NCBI GenBank assembly: GCA_963713615.1
Contig: CAVQMM010000001.1
Span: forward strand, 320,001 to 384,000
DNA: 64,000 nucleotides
Direction of reading: 5' to 3'
Source: an uncultured Chlamydiae bacterium
GTDB lineage: Bacteria; Chlamydiota; Chlamydiia; Chlamydiales; JAJFMA01
Below, piece after piece: positions 1 through 9,512 of this stretch. Position 1 is the first letter of the stretch. Each line of letters begins with the position of its first letter. Made by a program: the position numbers and the translations under genes. A model generated the notes under the pieces. The model was given only the letters and a program-made list of their open reading frames with translations. It did no database searches and was not told the origin of the DNA.

Positions 1-690
1 GGCTGCTTCAATAGACCATGGACCACACACAGCGTAGTTGATCGATGCTTCAAAGGGATAGACAATGTAGAACTTTAGGCAGTCATTATATTTGAAGTCG
101 AAGCCAAAAATGGGCCATACTTTAGTCTTATGTAGGCCAGTTTCGAAGATAAAACCTACGTGAGTTGCAAAGCAGCGGGATAATGTATAGCGTCCCCACA
201 TGGATCCTGTATAGAGAACATAGGTGGGTACCTGTGTCGCTGAAGCATTAAAACGTGCGACGAGGTTAGAGCGCCAGAGCCAGTTATCAAAGCAAGAGCT
301 CGTCACACCAATCGTCGCTGAGACATCTTGAAAATTCTGTTCATGGAAAGCAGGGTTTTCCTTCCAATGAATCCCCGTGTTTCCATATCCAACCCCCAGC
401 TGCATAGCGGTCTTGGAACCCATGAACCAGTTATAGGATAGGAGTGTGATGCCTTCATGATAGCCTATTTTTCCGGGAATCCCTGGAGTCCTGAAACCCG
501 ACTTGCGTATCCAGTTATATTCACCGTCGATACCCCAGAAGCTGCCAACTTTAGAAAGTTCTTCCATCGAGCTTGCTGTATCACCGGTGAGAGGCTCTGA
601 TTCGATGCCTCGTTCAAATTCATCCACGGCTTGAAGGGCTGTAGTCGAAAAGGCTAATAGACAAATTAGAACGAAATAGCTCGCCTTCAC
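1..690 (-). CDS. Partial CDS, probable secreted/outer-membrane beta-barrel-like hypothetical protein (runs off the left edge)
   Basis: Read manually: GTG at 690 preceded by GAGGGAGG. The frame is open to position 1 (VKASYFVLICLLAFSTTALQA... signal-peptide-like start, then alternating aromatic/Gly strands). Not in the ORF track because it has no stop in the window. Confidence 0.65.
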   Translation of the reverse strand, partial: MKASYFVLICLLAFSTTALQAVDEFERGIESEPLTGDTASSMEELSKVGSFWGIDGEYNWIRKSGFRTPGIPGKIGYHEGITLLSYNWFMGSKTAMQLGVGYGNTGIHWKENPAFHEQNFQDVSATIGVTSSCFDNWLWRSNLVARFNASATQVPTYVLYTGSMWGRYTLSRCFATHVGFIFETGLHKTKVWPIFGFDFKYNDCLKFYIVYPFEASINYAVCGPWSIEAA

Positions 691-785
691 TCGAGACCTC
701 CCTCTGATTGGTGCTAGTGAAAGAATTGTTCGGCTAAAACCCGCTTGTAGCCCAAACCCAAAAAGGTGTCAATGGCTTCGTAAAT

Positions 786-983
786 AAGAGAGGAGTGAGA
801 AATTTTTACCGCCGAGACGCCGAGATAGGAGAGAGAGGATTAGGAAAGAGAAGGAGGAGAGAATGTCCCGTTTGTGGGGCCTTGGGCAAATCCTATCTAA
901 GGGCCTCTTTCCTAATCCTCTCTCTCCTACCTCTGTGTCTCGGCGTCTCGGCGGTAAAAAGTCCTAATTCCTCTCCTCTTCTT
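786..983. repeat. Family A palindromic element (purine-rich left arm, pyrimidine-rich right arm)
   Basis: TTTTTACCGCCGAGACGCCGAGA...GGAGAGAGAGGATTAGGAAAGAG is inverted against CTCTTTCCTAATCCTCTCTCTCC...TCTCGGCGTCTCGGCGGTAAAAA. Related arms occur at ~3985, 24061, 31302, 41231, 43041 and 56187. Confidence 0.85.
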
Positions 984-984
984 G

Positions 985-2595
985 TTATTCGCCGCCGAGC
1001 ATGCGCTGGAGTTCGTGGCCTTGGCTGTCGCCATCTAACATCTTCACAAGGGTACGCGTACGTCCCTTGCTTTCGTTTTTGCTGATCTGGATGTGTTGAT
1101 GGGCATGGCGAGCCACCTGAGGAAAGTGCGTAATACAGACAAGCTGGTGCTTTGCCCCGATGTTCGCAAGCTTTTGCCCTACGACCGTTGCTGTTTCGCC
1201 GCCAATATTGGCGTCGACTTCGTCAAACACCAGCGTTGCTGTCTGGGCTTTGCCAGCCATCAAGGCTTTTAGGGCCAACACGAGGCGAGAGAGCTCTCCT
1301 CCGCTAGCGCAGTCTTTGACCGATATCAACTTTTCCCCAACGTTGGGCGCGAAATAGACTTCCACATGATCTTCGCCATGGTTGTGTCGTGGCACAGGTG
1401 ATACGTTTACCTGCACATCCACTTTAGGCATATTCAGGCTGCGCAGTTCCTGCGCCAAGGCTTTACCAAGCCCTTTGGCGGCATGTGTGCGCTGATCTGT
1501 TAGGGTCTGGGCCAGGCGGCCTGATTCGCTGCGCTTTTGCTCTAAGGAGATTTTGAGTTCTTCAATACGCATATCTGCATTGTCGAGCTCACTCAATTGT
1601 TGTCGAACTGTGGCATGGTAGGCAAGGACATCGGCCACCGTGGGGCCATACTTTTTCTTAAGCTTGGAGATTAAGGCCAGGCGGTCATCGAGCATTGATG
1701 CACGCTGCGGGTCGCTTTCAATGCGTGCACCATAATCGCGCAGGGTTCGCGCCACCTCTTGTAATTCTACCACAGCTCCCTGGTAAGCCTGACGGGCATC
1801 TTCTAGAGAACTGTCCAGGGCTGCCATTTTGCTAAATGTAGCCATTTGGCTGCTTAGCGCGGGTAAGGCGGCGCCATCTTCACCGGAGAGCACCTGATAG
1901 ATGCCATCAACCTGACCGCGAAGTTCATCGGCATTGGTCAAGCGGCTATATTCGGCAAACAGCTCCTCTTCCTCGCCCTCTTTGATCGCTGCTTCGTCGA
2001 GTTCTTCAAGTTGTCTTTGATATTCTTCAGCTTGACGGATGCGCTGTGTCTCATTGTGAATGAGGGTATTGAGTTCTTGTTCGACTGCTCTCTCAGCTTT
2101 CCAGGCAGCTTGAAAGGCTTGGACATTAGAACCAAGACCAGCGAAGGCATCGGTGATGGCACGGTGCTGTTCTACCTGGCGCAGTTCTTGGTTGGAATGC
2201 TGCCCCACGATTTCTACGAGGTGCTCGCCAACGTTGCGAAGTAACGATACCTGAGCCAGTTGATTGTTGATGAATGCTTTACTCTTGCCGGCTGCTGTAA
2301 TCTCTCGTCGAAGGATCAGGGGTTCATCGAGCTCGTAGGAAATACCACCCTCTTCAAGTAGCTGACGAACCACCTGAGGATAATCGGTGTCAAAAGCAGC
2401 CTCGACAATCCCTTTTTCAGCTCCCTTGCGCAGGGATTGAGAATCGGCGCGTTGTCCTAATACAAGTGCTAGGGCGCGTAAGATGGCCGATTTGCCAGCT
2501 CCGGTCTCACCCGTGATGACATTAAAGCCTTCTCGGAAGTGAACCTCAGCCTGTTCTACTAGAACAATATCTTGGATACGAAGCGTACTTAGCAT
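985..2595 (-). CDS. recN: DNA repair protein RecN
   Basis: Walker A ITGETGAGKS, long coiled coil, ASGGELSR signature, LVFDEVDAN Walker B, CITHFPQVA. Confidence 0.97.
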   Translation of the reverse strand: MLSTLRIQDIVLVEQAEVHFREGFNVITGETGAGKSAILRALALVLGQRADSQSLRKGAEKGIVEAAFDTDYPQVVRQLLEEGGISYELDEPLILRREITAAGKSKAFINNQLAQVSLLRNVGEHLVEIVGQHSNQELRQVEQHRAITDAFAGLGSNVQAFQAAWKAERAVEQELNTLIHNETQRIRQAEEYQRQLEELDEAAIKEGEEEELFAEYSRLTNADELRGQVDGIYQVLSGEDGAALPALSSQMATFSKMAALDSSLEDARQAYQGAVVELQEVARTLRDYGARIESDPQRASMLDDRLALISKLKKKYGPTVADVLAYHATVRQQLSELDNADMRIEELKISLEQKRSESGRLAQTLTDQRTHAAKGLGKALAQELRSLNMPKVDVQVNVSPVPRHNHGEDHVEVYFAPNVGEKLISVKDCASGGELSRLVLALKALMAGKAQTATLVFDEVDANIGGETATVVGQKLANIGAKHQLVCITHFPQVARHAHQHIQISKNESKGRTRTLVKMLDGDSQGHELQRMLGGE

Positions 2596-2606
2596 TTCGG
2601 GTATGT

Positions 2607-3041
2607 CTAGGGGTCATGAGCTGTTTCGAGTAAACGCCAAAGGCGGCCAGCACTGACATCTAGAAGATAACCTTCAGAATTGAGCGCTGGAGCTTTAAAG
2701 GTAAATTCGTCTTGAGAGACATTGATCGGCGTTAGTTCTACGGGCTTTTTGTCGAATAAGTAGACGACAATTTTATCCATGCCAGGAGGCGGAATTGGGC
2801 TGCCTCTTAGTTTACCGATAGGGATGCAACGGTTGATAAGCTCAACGGCCTCCTGCTGCTGCTCGAAATTAAGGGTATAGGGCTTGCCCTTGAAAACAAG
2901 CTCCGTCCCACGAATCTTATAGGGATCGAGGTAGCCACTGTCGATTTGCTGAGGAGCTACGGTCACAAAAGCTCGTAGCAGCAACAGGCCGACCATGACA
3001 ACAATAATAGCAGTAGCATAGATAGCAAAGCGTGTATTCAT
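2607..3041 (-). CDS. Hypothetical protein with N-terminal membrane anchor
   Basis: 144-aa ORF tightly packed between rnhC and recN on the same strand, with an N-terminal hydrophobic helix. Confidence 0.75.
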   Translation of the reverse strand: MNTRFAIYATAIIVVMVGLLLLRAFVTVAPQQIDSGYLDPYKIRGTELVFKGKPYTLNFEQQQEAVELINRCIPIGKLRGSPIPPPGMDKIVVYLFDKKPVELTPINVSQDEFTFKAPALNSEGYLLDVSAGRLWRLLETAHDP

Positions 3042-3066
3042 GACTCGAACTATAGCAAGATGATTT

Positions 3067-3960
3067 CTATTTCACCAGGTCTTTGTAAGTCTTGAAATGG
3101 ATCTTGGCGACCTTGAGAAAGATATCGGGTCCATACTTGTTCAGAAGCTGTCGTGCGACGGCCACAACCTGCGCCGAGGCGCCTTTGGGAAGCTTAAGTC
3201 CTATTTCCTCGCTGAGGCGCGCCAAGCCATCGAGGAAAGCATGCCTAGCCAAGATTGATGCCGCAGCGACAACGAGGTCGGCTTCTGCGCGATGACGTTG
3301 GGTTAGAGACACTTCAAGTTTTTTGCGTGCTAAAGCCGTTTCTACGACATGTTCAGCAGCGAACTGGTCGATGACTACATTGGTACAGCCTGTCCGAGTG
3401 ACAAGGTCTTCGATTGTTGTCGCATGTCCCCAAGCTAAAAATGTGTTGAGGTTACGGAACTTGTCGTACAACTCATTATATTTAGGTGGGTTGATTCGAA
3501 CGATATGGTGCTGACAGCAACCTCGGATTTTCTTAGCCAATATGGCTGCATTGCTATCGGTCAACTCTTTTGAATCACGCACACCGATTTTCTTGAGCTC
3601 GGTGATGGTTTCTTTATCGCCATACACACCAGCAACGCAAAGAGGGCCGAAGAAATCTCCCTTGCCAGATTCGTCGATACCTATATGAGGTGAGTAGTCG
3701 ATCTTGTCTTCGTTAAGGACTTCTTTGTACCCATAAGAGAATGACTTTAGAATCTCAGGCTCGAGATAAAACTCTATAAACGAGGCCATCTCCTTGCCCT
3801 GCACAACGAGCTTTCCAGACAGATATACCGTTACCGATAGACCAGGCTTCTTAGCGGAAAAATGCGTATGCGGTGGAGTAGAAAGCTCAAACCCTTGCGA
3901 TCGCAGGTCGGCCTTTAGCTTGTCAGCGCGAGCAGAATCAATAGTAGCAACAAAAGACAT
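3067..3960 (-). CDS. rnhC: Ribonuclease HIII
   Basis: N-terminal TBP-like segment (VTVYLSGKLVVQGK), IGIDESGKGDFFGPL, GVRDSK, VAAASILAR, LPKGAS. Confidence 0.95.
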   Translation of the reverse strand: MSFVATIDSARADKLKADLRSQGFELSTPPHTHFSAKKPGLSVTVYLSGKLVVQGKEMASFIEFYLEPEILKSFSYGYKEVLNEDKIDYSPHIGIDESGKGDFFGPLCVAGVYGDKETITELKKIGVRDSKELTDSNAAILAKKIRGCCQHHIVRINPPKYNELYDKFRNLNTFLAWGHATTIEDLVTRTGCTNVVIDQFAAEHVVETALARKKLEVSLTQRHRAEADLVVAAASILARHAFLDGLARLSEEIGLKLPKGASAQVVAVARQLLNKYGPDIFLKVAKIHFKTYKDLVK

Positions 3961-3983
3961 GCAGTAAGTATAGCACGCGTTCG

Positions 3984-4662
3984 AATTAGGATTGAGGAAT
4001 TTTTACCAGAGGCGCCGAGATAAGAGAAGAGGAGGAAGGAAAAAGAGGAAAGAAAAAATCAGTCCAATCAGTCCATGGTGTCCATAAGAGGTAATTACAG
4101 AAGTATTTGGGCTCTCATGGATCGATTCTTTGAAAAAAAATCACTTTTTTTTGTGAGAAGGCGATTCTAGAGAGCTTAAGTGGTATGGCACTATCCAGTC
4201 TGGAAAGACAGGCTTTTCTCCCTTCCCAGGCCCGAAGGGTCGATATTGCAACAGGCCATGGCATCGCCATGGTATATGCCAGGAAGGGATTTCGCAGTCT
4301 GAAGGACTGCTACAAGACGCCAGTTTACAAACACCATTTATGCATGCGCTTTATGGCAGCCCTACAGGCTGCTAAAACCGTTTTGGCATATACCATGGCG
4401 ATGCCATCGCCTGTTGCAATATCGACCCTTCGGGCCTGGGAAGGGAATGGCTCTCTCTTCACCGGCATCCGATTTTCAGGAAGTTGACTTCGGAAAATCG
4501 GACTTCTGCAATTACCTCATGGTGTCCATAAAGTCCATTTTGGCATCGGTGAAAATGGACTGAATGGACGAATTGGACTGATTGGACGAATTGGACATTT
4601 TTTTCCTCTCCTAACCCTCTTTCCTATTCCCCCCCCCTCCCTCCCCCTTCCCCCTCCCTTTT
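3984..4662. repeat. Composite intergenic repeat: family A left arm, GTCCA/TGGAC 9-mer arrays, nested element B, pyrimidine-rich right flank
   Basis: GAGGAATTTTTACCAGAGGCGCCGAGATAAGAG at ~3994; CAGTCCAAT-type repeats at 4060-4087 and 4519-4540; TGGAC repeats at 4555-4597. Confidence 0.7.
4088..4518 (+). mobile_element. Element B copy 1: ~430-bp MITE-like element with GAGGTAATT(G/A)CA terminal inverted repeats and an internal ~60-bp-arm REP-doublet (4219-4446)
   Basis: Ends GAGGTAATTACAGAA / TTCTGCAATTACCTC. Near-identical reverse complement of 9023-9454. Confidence 0.85.
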
Positions 4663-4720
4663 TAATGGCTGATCATGTATAAACGAGCCGATCATAACAG
4701 CTCTAACCCAAGATAGGTTC

Positions 4721-5134
4721 ATGGCCACCACTGAAGATGCTAGTAAAAAAATCGGCGAAATGTTCAAAGAGAAACGCCGAGAGCTCAATCTTTCCCTGAA
4801 AGAGGCCGAAAATGCGACATCGATACGCATGGGTCATCTTAAATCCATTGAAGAAGGAGCTCTTGATCAGTTGATCTCTCCGGTCTATGCACAGGGCTTT
4901 ATACGGCAATATGCCGGCTTTTTAGGTTTTGATGGCGATAGCATTGTGCAAGAAAACGCAGAGTTATTTCAGTCGCATACTAAGCACGAGTTTTCTTATG
5001 GAATTGGCACTCTAGAAGTCCGCGGCAATCCTGGTGCGGGCATTAAGTTGTTTCCCAATGCCGTGTGGATCGGGGCTTTTGTTGTCGTAATGGTATTGGC
5101 TTGGGGGCTGGCACGTTACCTGGAGCTGCTGTGA
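4721..5134 (+). CDS. rodZ: RodZ-like XRE/HTH cytoskeleton protein with C-terminal TM helix
   Basis: IGEMFKEKRRELNLSL...IEEG...VYAQGFIRQYAGFLG matches the RodZ HTH, followed by one TM helix. Adjacent to rnhC, as recalled for Chlamydia. Confidence 0.8.
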   Translation: MATTEDASKKIGEMFKEKRRELNLSLKEAENATSIRMGHLKSIEEGALDQLISPVYAQGFIRQYAGFLGFDGDSIVQENAELFQSHTKHEFSYGIGTLEVRGNPGAGIKLFPNAVWIGAFVVVMVLAWGLARYLELL

Positions 5135-6366
5135 AGGGACATGCCGTTGGTGCCAAGCCTCAGATGCATGCGCTGCGCGACTGGTTGCGAGTGATGCTCT
5201 GTGGCATGGGAATGGGTGTCGCTGACTTAGTTCCTGGCTTCTCCGGTGGTACCGTTGCCTTTCTGACAGGCATTTACCCCGATTTACTGAACAGTATCGT
5301 AAGCTTCAATGCACGCGCATTTAGGGCATTGGCATCACTACGTGTTTCAGCCTTTTTCAGCATCATCGCATGGGAATTTCTATTGGCTTTAGGAATGGGA
5401 ATAGCCATTTCTGCAGGTTCCTTGGTGCGCGTGATTCATTACATTCTAGGCGAACCCACCTTACGTACTTACCTATTTGCAGCTTTTGTAGGGTTGGTGA
5501 TGGCGTCGGCATCGATCTGCGCACGCCAAGTGCGTGAGTGGTTATGGCCTCAGGTCGCCGCTTTGATAGGTGGAGGAGTCCTGGCTTTTGCAGTCACCAG
5601 CTTATCACTGGCAAATACTGCTGATGGTCCCCTTTATGATGTGGTCGTTCGACAGGAGACTGTGAGTGGAGGACAAACACGTGCTCTCACCAATTATGAT
5701 GCAAAGACACAGCGCGTCTTGGCCGTCCCTGAGGCCACACTGGTGGCGATGCTCTCTAGAGGCGTGGTGGAGGGCGATACCCCAGTCTATAGCCACAGCC
5801 TCAAGCAAGAGGGGACTGTGGAAGATTTCGTGCAGGAGAGCTCCCCAAACCGTTTCAGTGCGTGGTTGATGCTTTGTGGCATGGTTGCCATCTGTGCCTT
5901 GCTATTACCGGGGATGTCCGGATGCTATATGCTTACCATTCTCGGAGCCTATCCTATTTTTATAGGATCATTATCCGACCTAATTAACGGGCTTTTGAAG
6001 CTGAGTTTTGATACAGAGGCTTTTTGGAACCTAGCTAGTTTAGGCGTGGGCGTTGTCATCGGACTAGGCCTTTTCTCACGGGTGGTAAGATGGCTTTTGC
6101 ATCATTACCGTAACCTTACCGTTGCGGCGATCACAGGCTTTATGATTGGTGCTCTACGGTCCGTGTGGCCTTTTTGGTCCTATGAGTACCAGGTAGTGCC
6201 CTTAAGGTTGCAGGAAGGCCCACAGCTTCAATTGGTGGCTCCGATCTTACCCGATGTAGCCAGTGGGGCCTTTTGGATAGCGGTGGGGTGCTCAATAGCG
6301 GGCTTTGCCATCGTCATGATCCTGGATTCTATGACAAAGCACCGCGAACGCTTGCCTTCGCACTAG
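5131..6366 (+). CDS. DUF368 family membrane protein (undecaprenyl-phosphate translocase family)
   Basis: GMGVADLVPGFSGGTVAFLTGIY and ALLLPGMSG motifs. Likely start is the GTG at 5131 overlapping the rodZ stop (track start 5065). Confidence 0.88.
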   Translation: MKGHAVGAKPQMHALRDWLRVMLCGMGMGVADLVPGFSGGTVAFLTGIYPDLLNSIVSFNARAFRALASLRVSAFFSIIAWEFLLALGMGIAISAGSLVRVIHYILGEPTLRTYLFAAFVGLVMASASICARQVREWLWPQVAALIGGGVLAFAVTSLSLANTADGPLYDVVVRQETVSGGQTRALTNYDAKTQRVLAVPEATLVAMLSRGVVEGDTPVYSHSLKQEGTVEDFVQESSPNRFSAWLMLCGMVAICALLLPGMSGCYMLTILGAYPIFIGSLSDLINGLLKLSFDTEAFWNLASLGVGVVIGLGLFSRVVRWLLHHYRNLTVAAITGFMIGALRSVWPFWSYEYQVVPLRLQEGPQLQLVAPILPDVASGAFWIAVGCSIAGFAIVMILDSMTKHRERLPSH

Positions 6367-7142
6367 AACAATACCTTGTGCAAGATAAGTCCATGGGCCG
6401 GTGCCGTGATACCTGCTTCGGTGCGGTTGCCAGTTTGTAGGAGTAATGGTAATGTATTGGGGGATATGCGTCCGCGGCCAATGTATGCTAGGGTCCCTAC
6501 GATATTGCGTGCCATGCGAAATAGGAAAGATGTCCCTTCAAGCTCAAATCTGAGTTGCCGATTTTCGAGTTCGATGATTTCAAGACGTTTTAAGGTACGC
6601 ACAAAATCCTGATAGTGCAGGTTCTTGCGCGTATTGCAGAAGGCATGAAAATTGTGCGTGCCAACTAGCTGCAAGGCTCCTTGGCGCATTAGAGGCAGAT
6701 CGAGGGGATAAGCATAATGCCATTCGAAATGGCGCCGAAGTGGTCGTTGCACCTGAGCGTTACAGAGGTGATAATGATAGATTTTGCCGTGATTGTGCAG
6801 GGTCGGATGAAAGTCGAAGGTGGCTTCCCACAGCTTTAGCACAGCCATATCTGGTGGAATTAAAGCATTGATGCCTTCAAACAAAGCCTCAATATGGATG
6901 TCTCGCGACGTGTAAAAGTTAACCACCTGGCCTTCGGCATGCACTCCAGCATCTGTTCGACTGGCGGCCTGCAAGGTAATGGGATGTCTTAGGATTTGTT
7001 CACAAACTTGTCGCAGAGTCTTTTCGACTGAATGCCCCTGGCAGTTATCCTGCCAACCTTGATAGGCTTCGCCATCATAGGCGAGGATCAGTGCAATGTT
7101 CTTGGGTTCTTGTGACGAAATATGTTCACTCCAGTGCTTCAC
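6363..7142 (-). CDS. truA: tRNA pseudouridine(38-40) synthase TruA
   Basis: AYDGEAYQGWQ, ASRTDAGVHAEGQV, GTHNFHAF, FLFRMARNIVG, TAPAHGL. Confidence 0.95.
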   Translation of the reverse strand: MKHWSEHISSQEPKNIALILAYDGEAYQGWQDNCQGHSVEKTLRQVCEQILRHPITLQAASRTDAGVHAEGQVVNFYTSRDIHIEALFEGINALIPPDMAVLKLWEATFDFHPTLHNHGKIYHYHLCNAQVQRPLRRHFEWHYAYPLDLPLMRQGALQLVGTHNFHAFCNTRKNLHYQDFVRTLKRLEIIELENRQLRFELEGTSFLFRMARNIVGTLAYIGRGRISPNTLPLLLQTGNRTEAGITAPAHGLILHKVLF

Positions 7143-7161
7143 AAGAACCCGTTCTTCAAGA

Positions 7162-7764
7162 TTAGTGAATCGTGTGGTAGGTGTTCACAAAGAGTTGAAC
7201 CCCTTCCGCGAAGCGTTGAATCGCTAGCATCACTAAGATCATTCCACAGAGGCGTTCAGCAGCCATCAAAGCATTCTTAGTAACTAGGCGTTCTAACTCT
7301 GCTCCGTAGTATAGAATAGCTGTCCCAAAGGCCCAAGCCACAACGATAGCGATAGGAACAATGGATACTGAAGTCTCCATGCGAGCATAAAGCATGATGG
7401 TCGCCAATAACGATGGGCCTGCTGTAAGCGGCAGTGCTAGAGGAACGAGGATGGGGTTATCTTCCGGTTGTAGAGTCTGGCGGATGCTGTATGGTCCGAT
7501 GAATAAAATACCGATACCGACTAGGAACAAAATCAGACCTGAGGTGATTCGCAACGTTGTTTCCGAAAGCTGAAAGAGGCTGAGGATCGTTTCACCTAAC
7601 AGAAAGAAGAATAACATCAAGCCCAGGGCGATGCACATTTCGCGAAGAATAATCTGCTTCTGACGGGCTGGCGGAACATTGCGCATCACCTGCAAAAATG
7701 TGCTGATGTTGCCGATAGGGTCCATGATAAAGAAGAACACTAGGATGACGGAGATCAGTGTCAT
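7162..7764 (-). CDS. marC: MarC family membrane protein
   Basis: FIMDPIGNI, LVPLALPLTAGP, ERLCGMIL. Confidence 0.9.
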   Translation of the reverse strand: MTLISVILVFFFIMDPIGNISTFLQVMRNVPPARQKQIILREMCIALGLMLFFFLLGETILSLFQLSETTLRITSGLILFLVGIGILFIGPYSIRQTLQPEDNPILVPLALPLTAGPSLLATIMLYARMETSVSIVPIAIVVAWAFGTAILYYGAELERLVTKNALMAAERLCGMILVMLAIQRFAEGVQLFVNTYHTIH

Positions 7765-7779
7765 TGTAAAAATAGCTCC

Positions 7780-8376
7780 TTACAACCCATTCAGAAAGAG
7801 ACCAAAACCTTTAATGATCATGTCCACGGCGATCATAGACAGAACCAATCCCATGAGCTGTTCGAGAGCAAACAGGCCCCTCTTGCCAAAAGTGCGCAGG
7901 AGGTAAGGAGCGGCTGCCAATACTGCAAAGACACCCACCCAGGCAATGAGGATAGCGCCGGTCATCTCTAGAGGATTTTCTAACTTTTTAGCGTAGATCA
8001 TAATGTACGTCAGCAGTCCCGCCCCAGACAATAGAGGCGTTGCTATGGGAACAAGATAGGGATCGCGGGGGATTTCAGCGACCTCATCGGCTTCATTCTC
8101 GGGATGGTTAGGGAAGACCATTCCGATACCGACCAAGAGGATGAGCACACCACCACAGAGACTGAGCGCATAATTTTTAATGCCTAGAGCATCCAAGACC
8201 GGCTCGCCTAGAAACTGAAAGAAGAGAGCTAGCAGGAGAGCGAAGAGGGCCTCGCGCATCAAAATCTGCTTTTGGCGTACAAAGTCATAGTGCCTGACGA
8301 TAGCAAGAATAGCGGGAGAGTTACCGATCGGATTCGTGATGATGAAGAGCTTGATAGCTAGATCAAAGATGTCCAC
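7780..8376 (-). CDS. marC: MarC family membrane protein (tandem paralog)
   Basis: FIITNPIGNSP, LVPIATPLLSG, EQLMGLVL. Probable GTG start at 8376 (track 8403). Confidence 0.88.
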   Translation of the reverse strand: MDIFDLAIKLFIITNPIGNSPAILAIVRHYDFVRQKQILMREALFALLLALFFQFLGEPVLDALGIKNYALSLCGGVLILLVGIGMVFPNHPENEADEVAEIPRDPYLVPIATPLLSGAGLLTYIMIYAKKLENPLEMTGAILIAWVGVFAVLAAAPYLLRTFGKRGLFALEQLMGLVLSMIAVDMIIKGFGLFLNGL

Positions 8377-8380
8377 GCTC

Positions 8381-8910
8381 TTATACCCATTGGTTGATAA
8401 CATCGCCGATGCCGGCGCCGCGTTCTTCGGCCTCTCTGACCTTTAGCCTCTTGCCGGATTGCTCGAGGTCTATGGTCAGAGCTGTCAAACCACCCACCAC
8501 CAAACCGATTGCAAACCCTGCTTCTAAGGAGAAAGGTGCGATGATTATCCCGAACAAAAATGTAATCATTTTGATGAGGGGATAGTCATTTATAAGGTCT
8601 AAGGTTCTTTGACTCAGTTCGTCAAGTGAATTGGACAGTGCTTGATTGTACTCTTTGGCAACATTTATGACAAGACGAGTCGTTAGTGTGCCTGCAGCGT
8701 GACCGAAGAGAGGCCAGGCAAAGGGCATCCCTAACAGGCGACAGGCATAGCCTAACCCGGCCGATGCGCAAGATTTCGAAGTCGCATCGAGTGTTACCTT
8801 TCGAAAAAAACTTAAGGAAGATGAGCTTTGCGAAGTCGAGGGCTGGCTTTTGCGAAGTTCACCGGGGGGGATTCAAACGGTCGTTCGGAAATGCGAGTTT
8901 GATATTCCAT
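8381..8910 (-). pseudogene. Hypothetical membrane protein apparently frameshifted in a C7 tract (track ORF 8381..8728 is the 3' part)
   Basis: AGGAGG + ATG at 8910 gives MEYQTRISERPFESPP and stops at codon 33. One extra C in the C7 run (G7 at 8864-8870 on +) joins it to the frame that is open down to 8381. Confidence 0.55.
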
Positions 8911-9022
8911 GGCTGCCTCCTATGAATGAAATAAGAAGCGCCATATATTACTAAAAAATTGCCTACAAGCGAAGAGAAAATGCGCGTTACTCTTTAGCAA
9001 AATGGACTAAATGGACCCGCAT

Positions 9023-9454
9023 GAGGTAATTGCAGAAGTCCGATTCTCCGAAGTCAATTTCCTGAAAATCGGATGCCGGTGAAGAGAGAGTCATTCCCTT
9101 CCCAGGCCCGAAGGGTCGATATTGCAACAGGCCATGGCATCGCCATGGTATATGCCAAAACGGTTTTAGCAGCCTGTAGGGCTGCCATAAAGCGCATGCA
9201 TAAATGGTGTTTGTAAACTGGCGTCTCGTAGCAGTCCTTCAGACTGCGAAATCCCTTCCTGGCATATACCATGGCGATGCCATGGCCTGTTGCAATATCG
9301 ACCCTTCGGGCCTGGGAAGGGAGAAAAGCCTGTCTTTCCAGACTGGATAGTGCCATACCACTTAAGCTCTCTAGAATCGCCTTCTCACAAAAAAAGGTAA
9401 CCTTTTTTCCCGAGAATCGATTCTCAAGGGCTCAAATAATTTTGCAATTACCTC
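9023..9454 (-). mobile_element. Element B copy 2
   Basis: GAGGTAATTGCAGAA...TTTGCAATTACCTC. Reverse complement of 4088-4518. Sits between TGGAC (9001-9016) and GTCCA (9460-9501) arrays. Confidence 0.85.
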
Positions 9455-9512
9455 AGTAAGTCCATTTCGTCCATGGTGTCCATTCAGTCCAGTTCGTCCA
9501 TTTGGTTTAGCC

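Noticed and set aside
795..1085. 96-aa ORF and similar short ORFs over repeats (11321-12057, 15226-15856, 19170-19569, 26615-26967, 34719-34916, 50088-50366, 52144-52403)
   Set aside because: They overlap palindromic elements or are antisense to real genes, with no RBS or family signal.
4185..4487. 100-aa ORF duplicated at 9054..9356
   Set aside because: It lies wholly within palindromic element B, its sequence is self-mirroring, it has no transposase motifs and it is not preserved in copy 3. Treated as a repeat shadow.
4075..4531. 13-bp direct repeat ATGGTGTCCATAA flanking element B copy 1 as a family TSD
   Set aside because: The other three B copies show no duplication, and the site is inside a GTCCA repeat array that could produce the match on its own.
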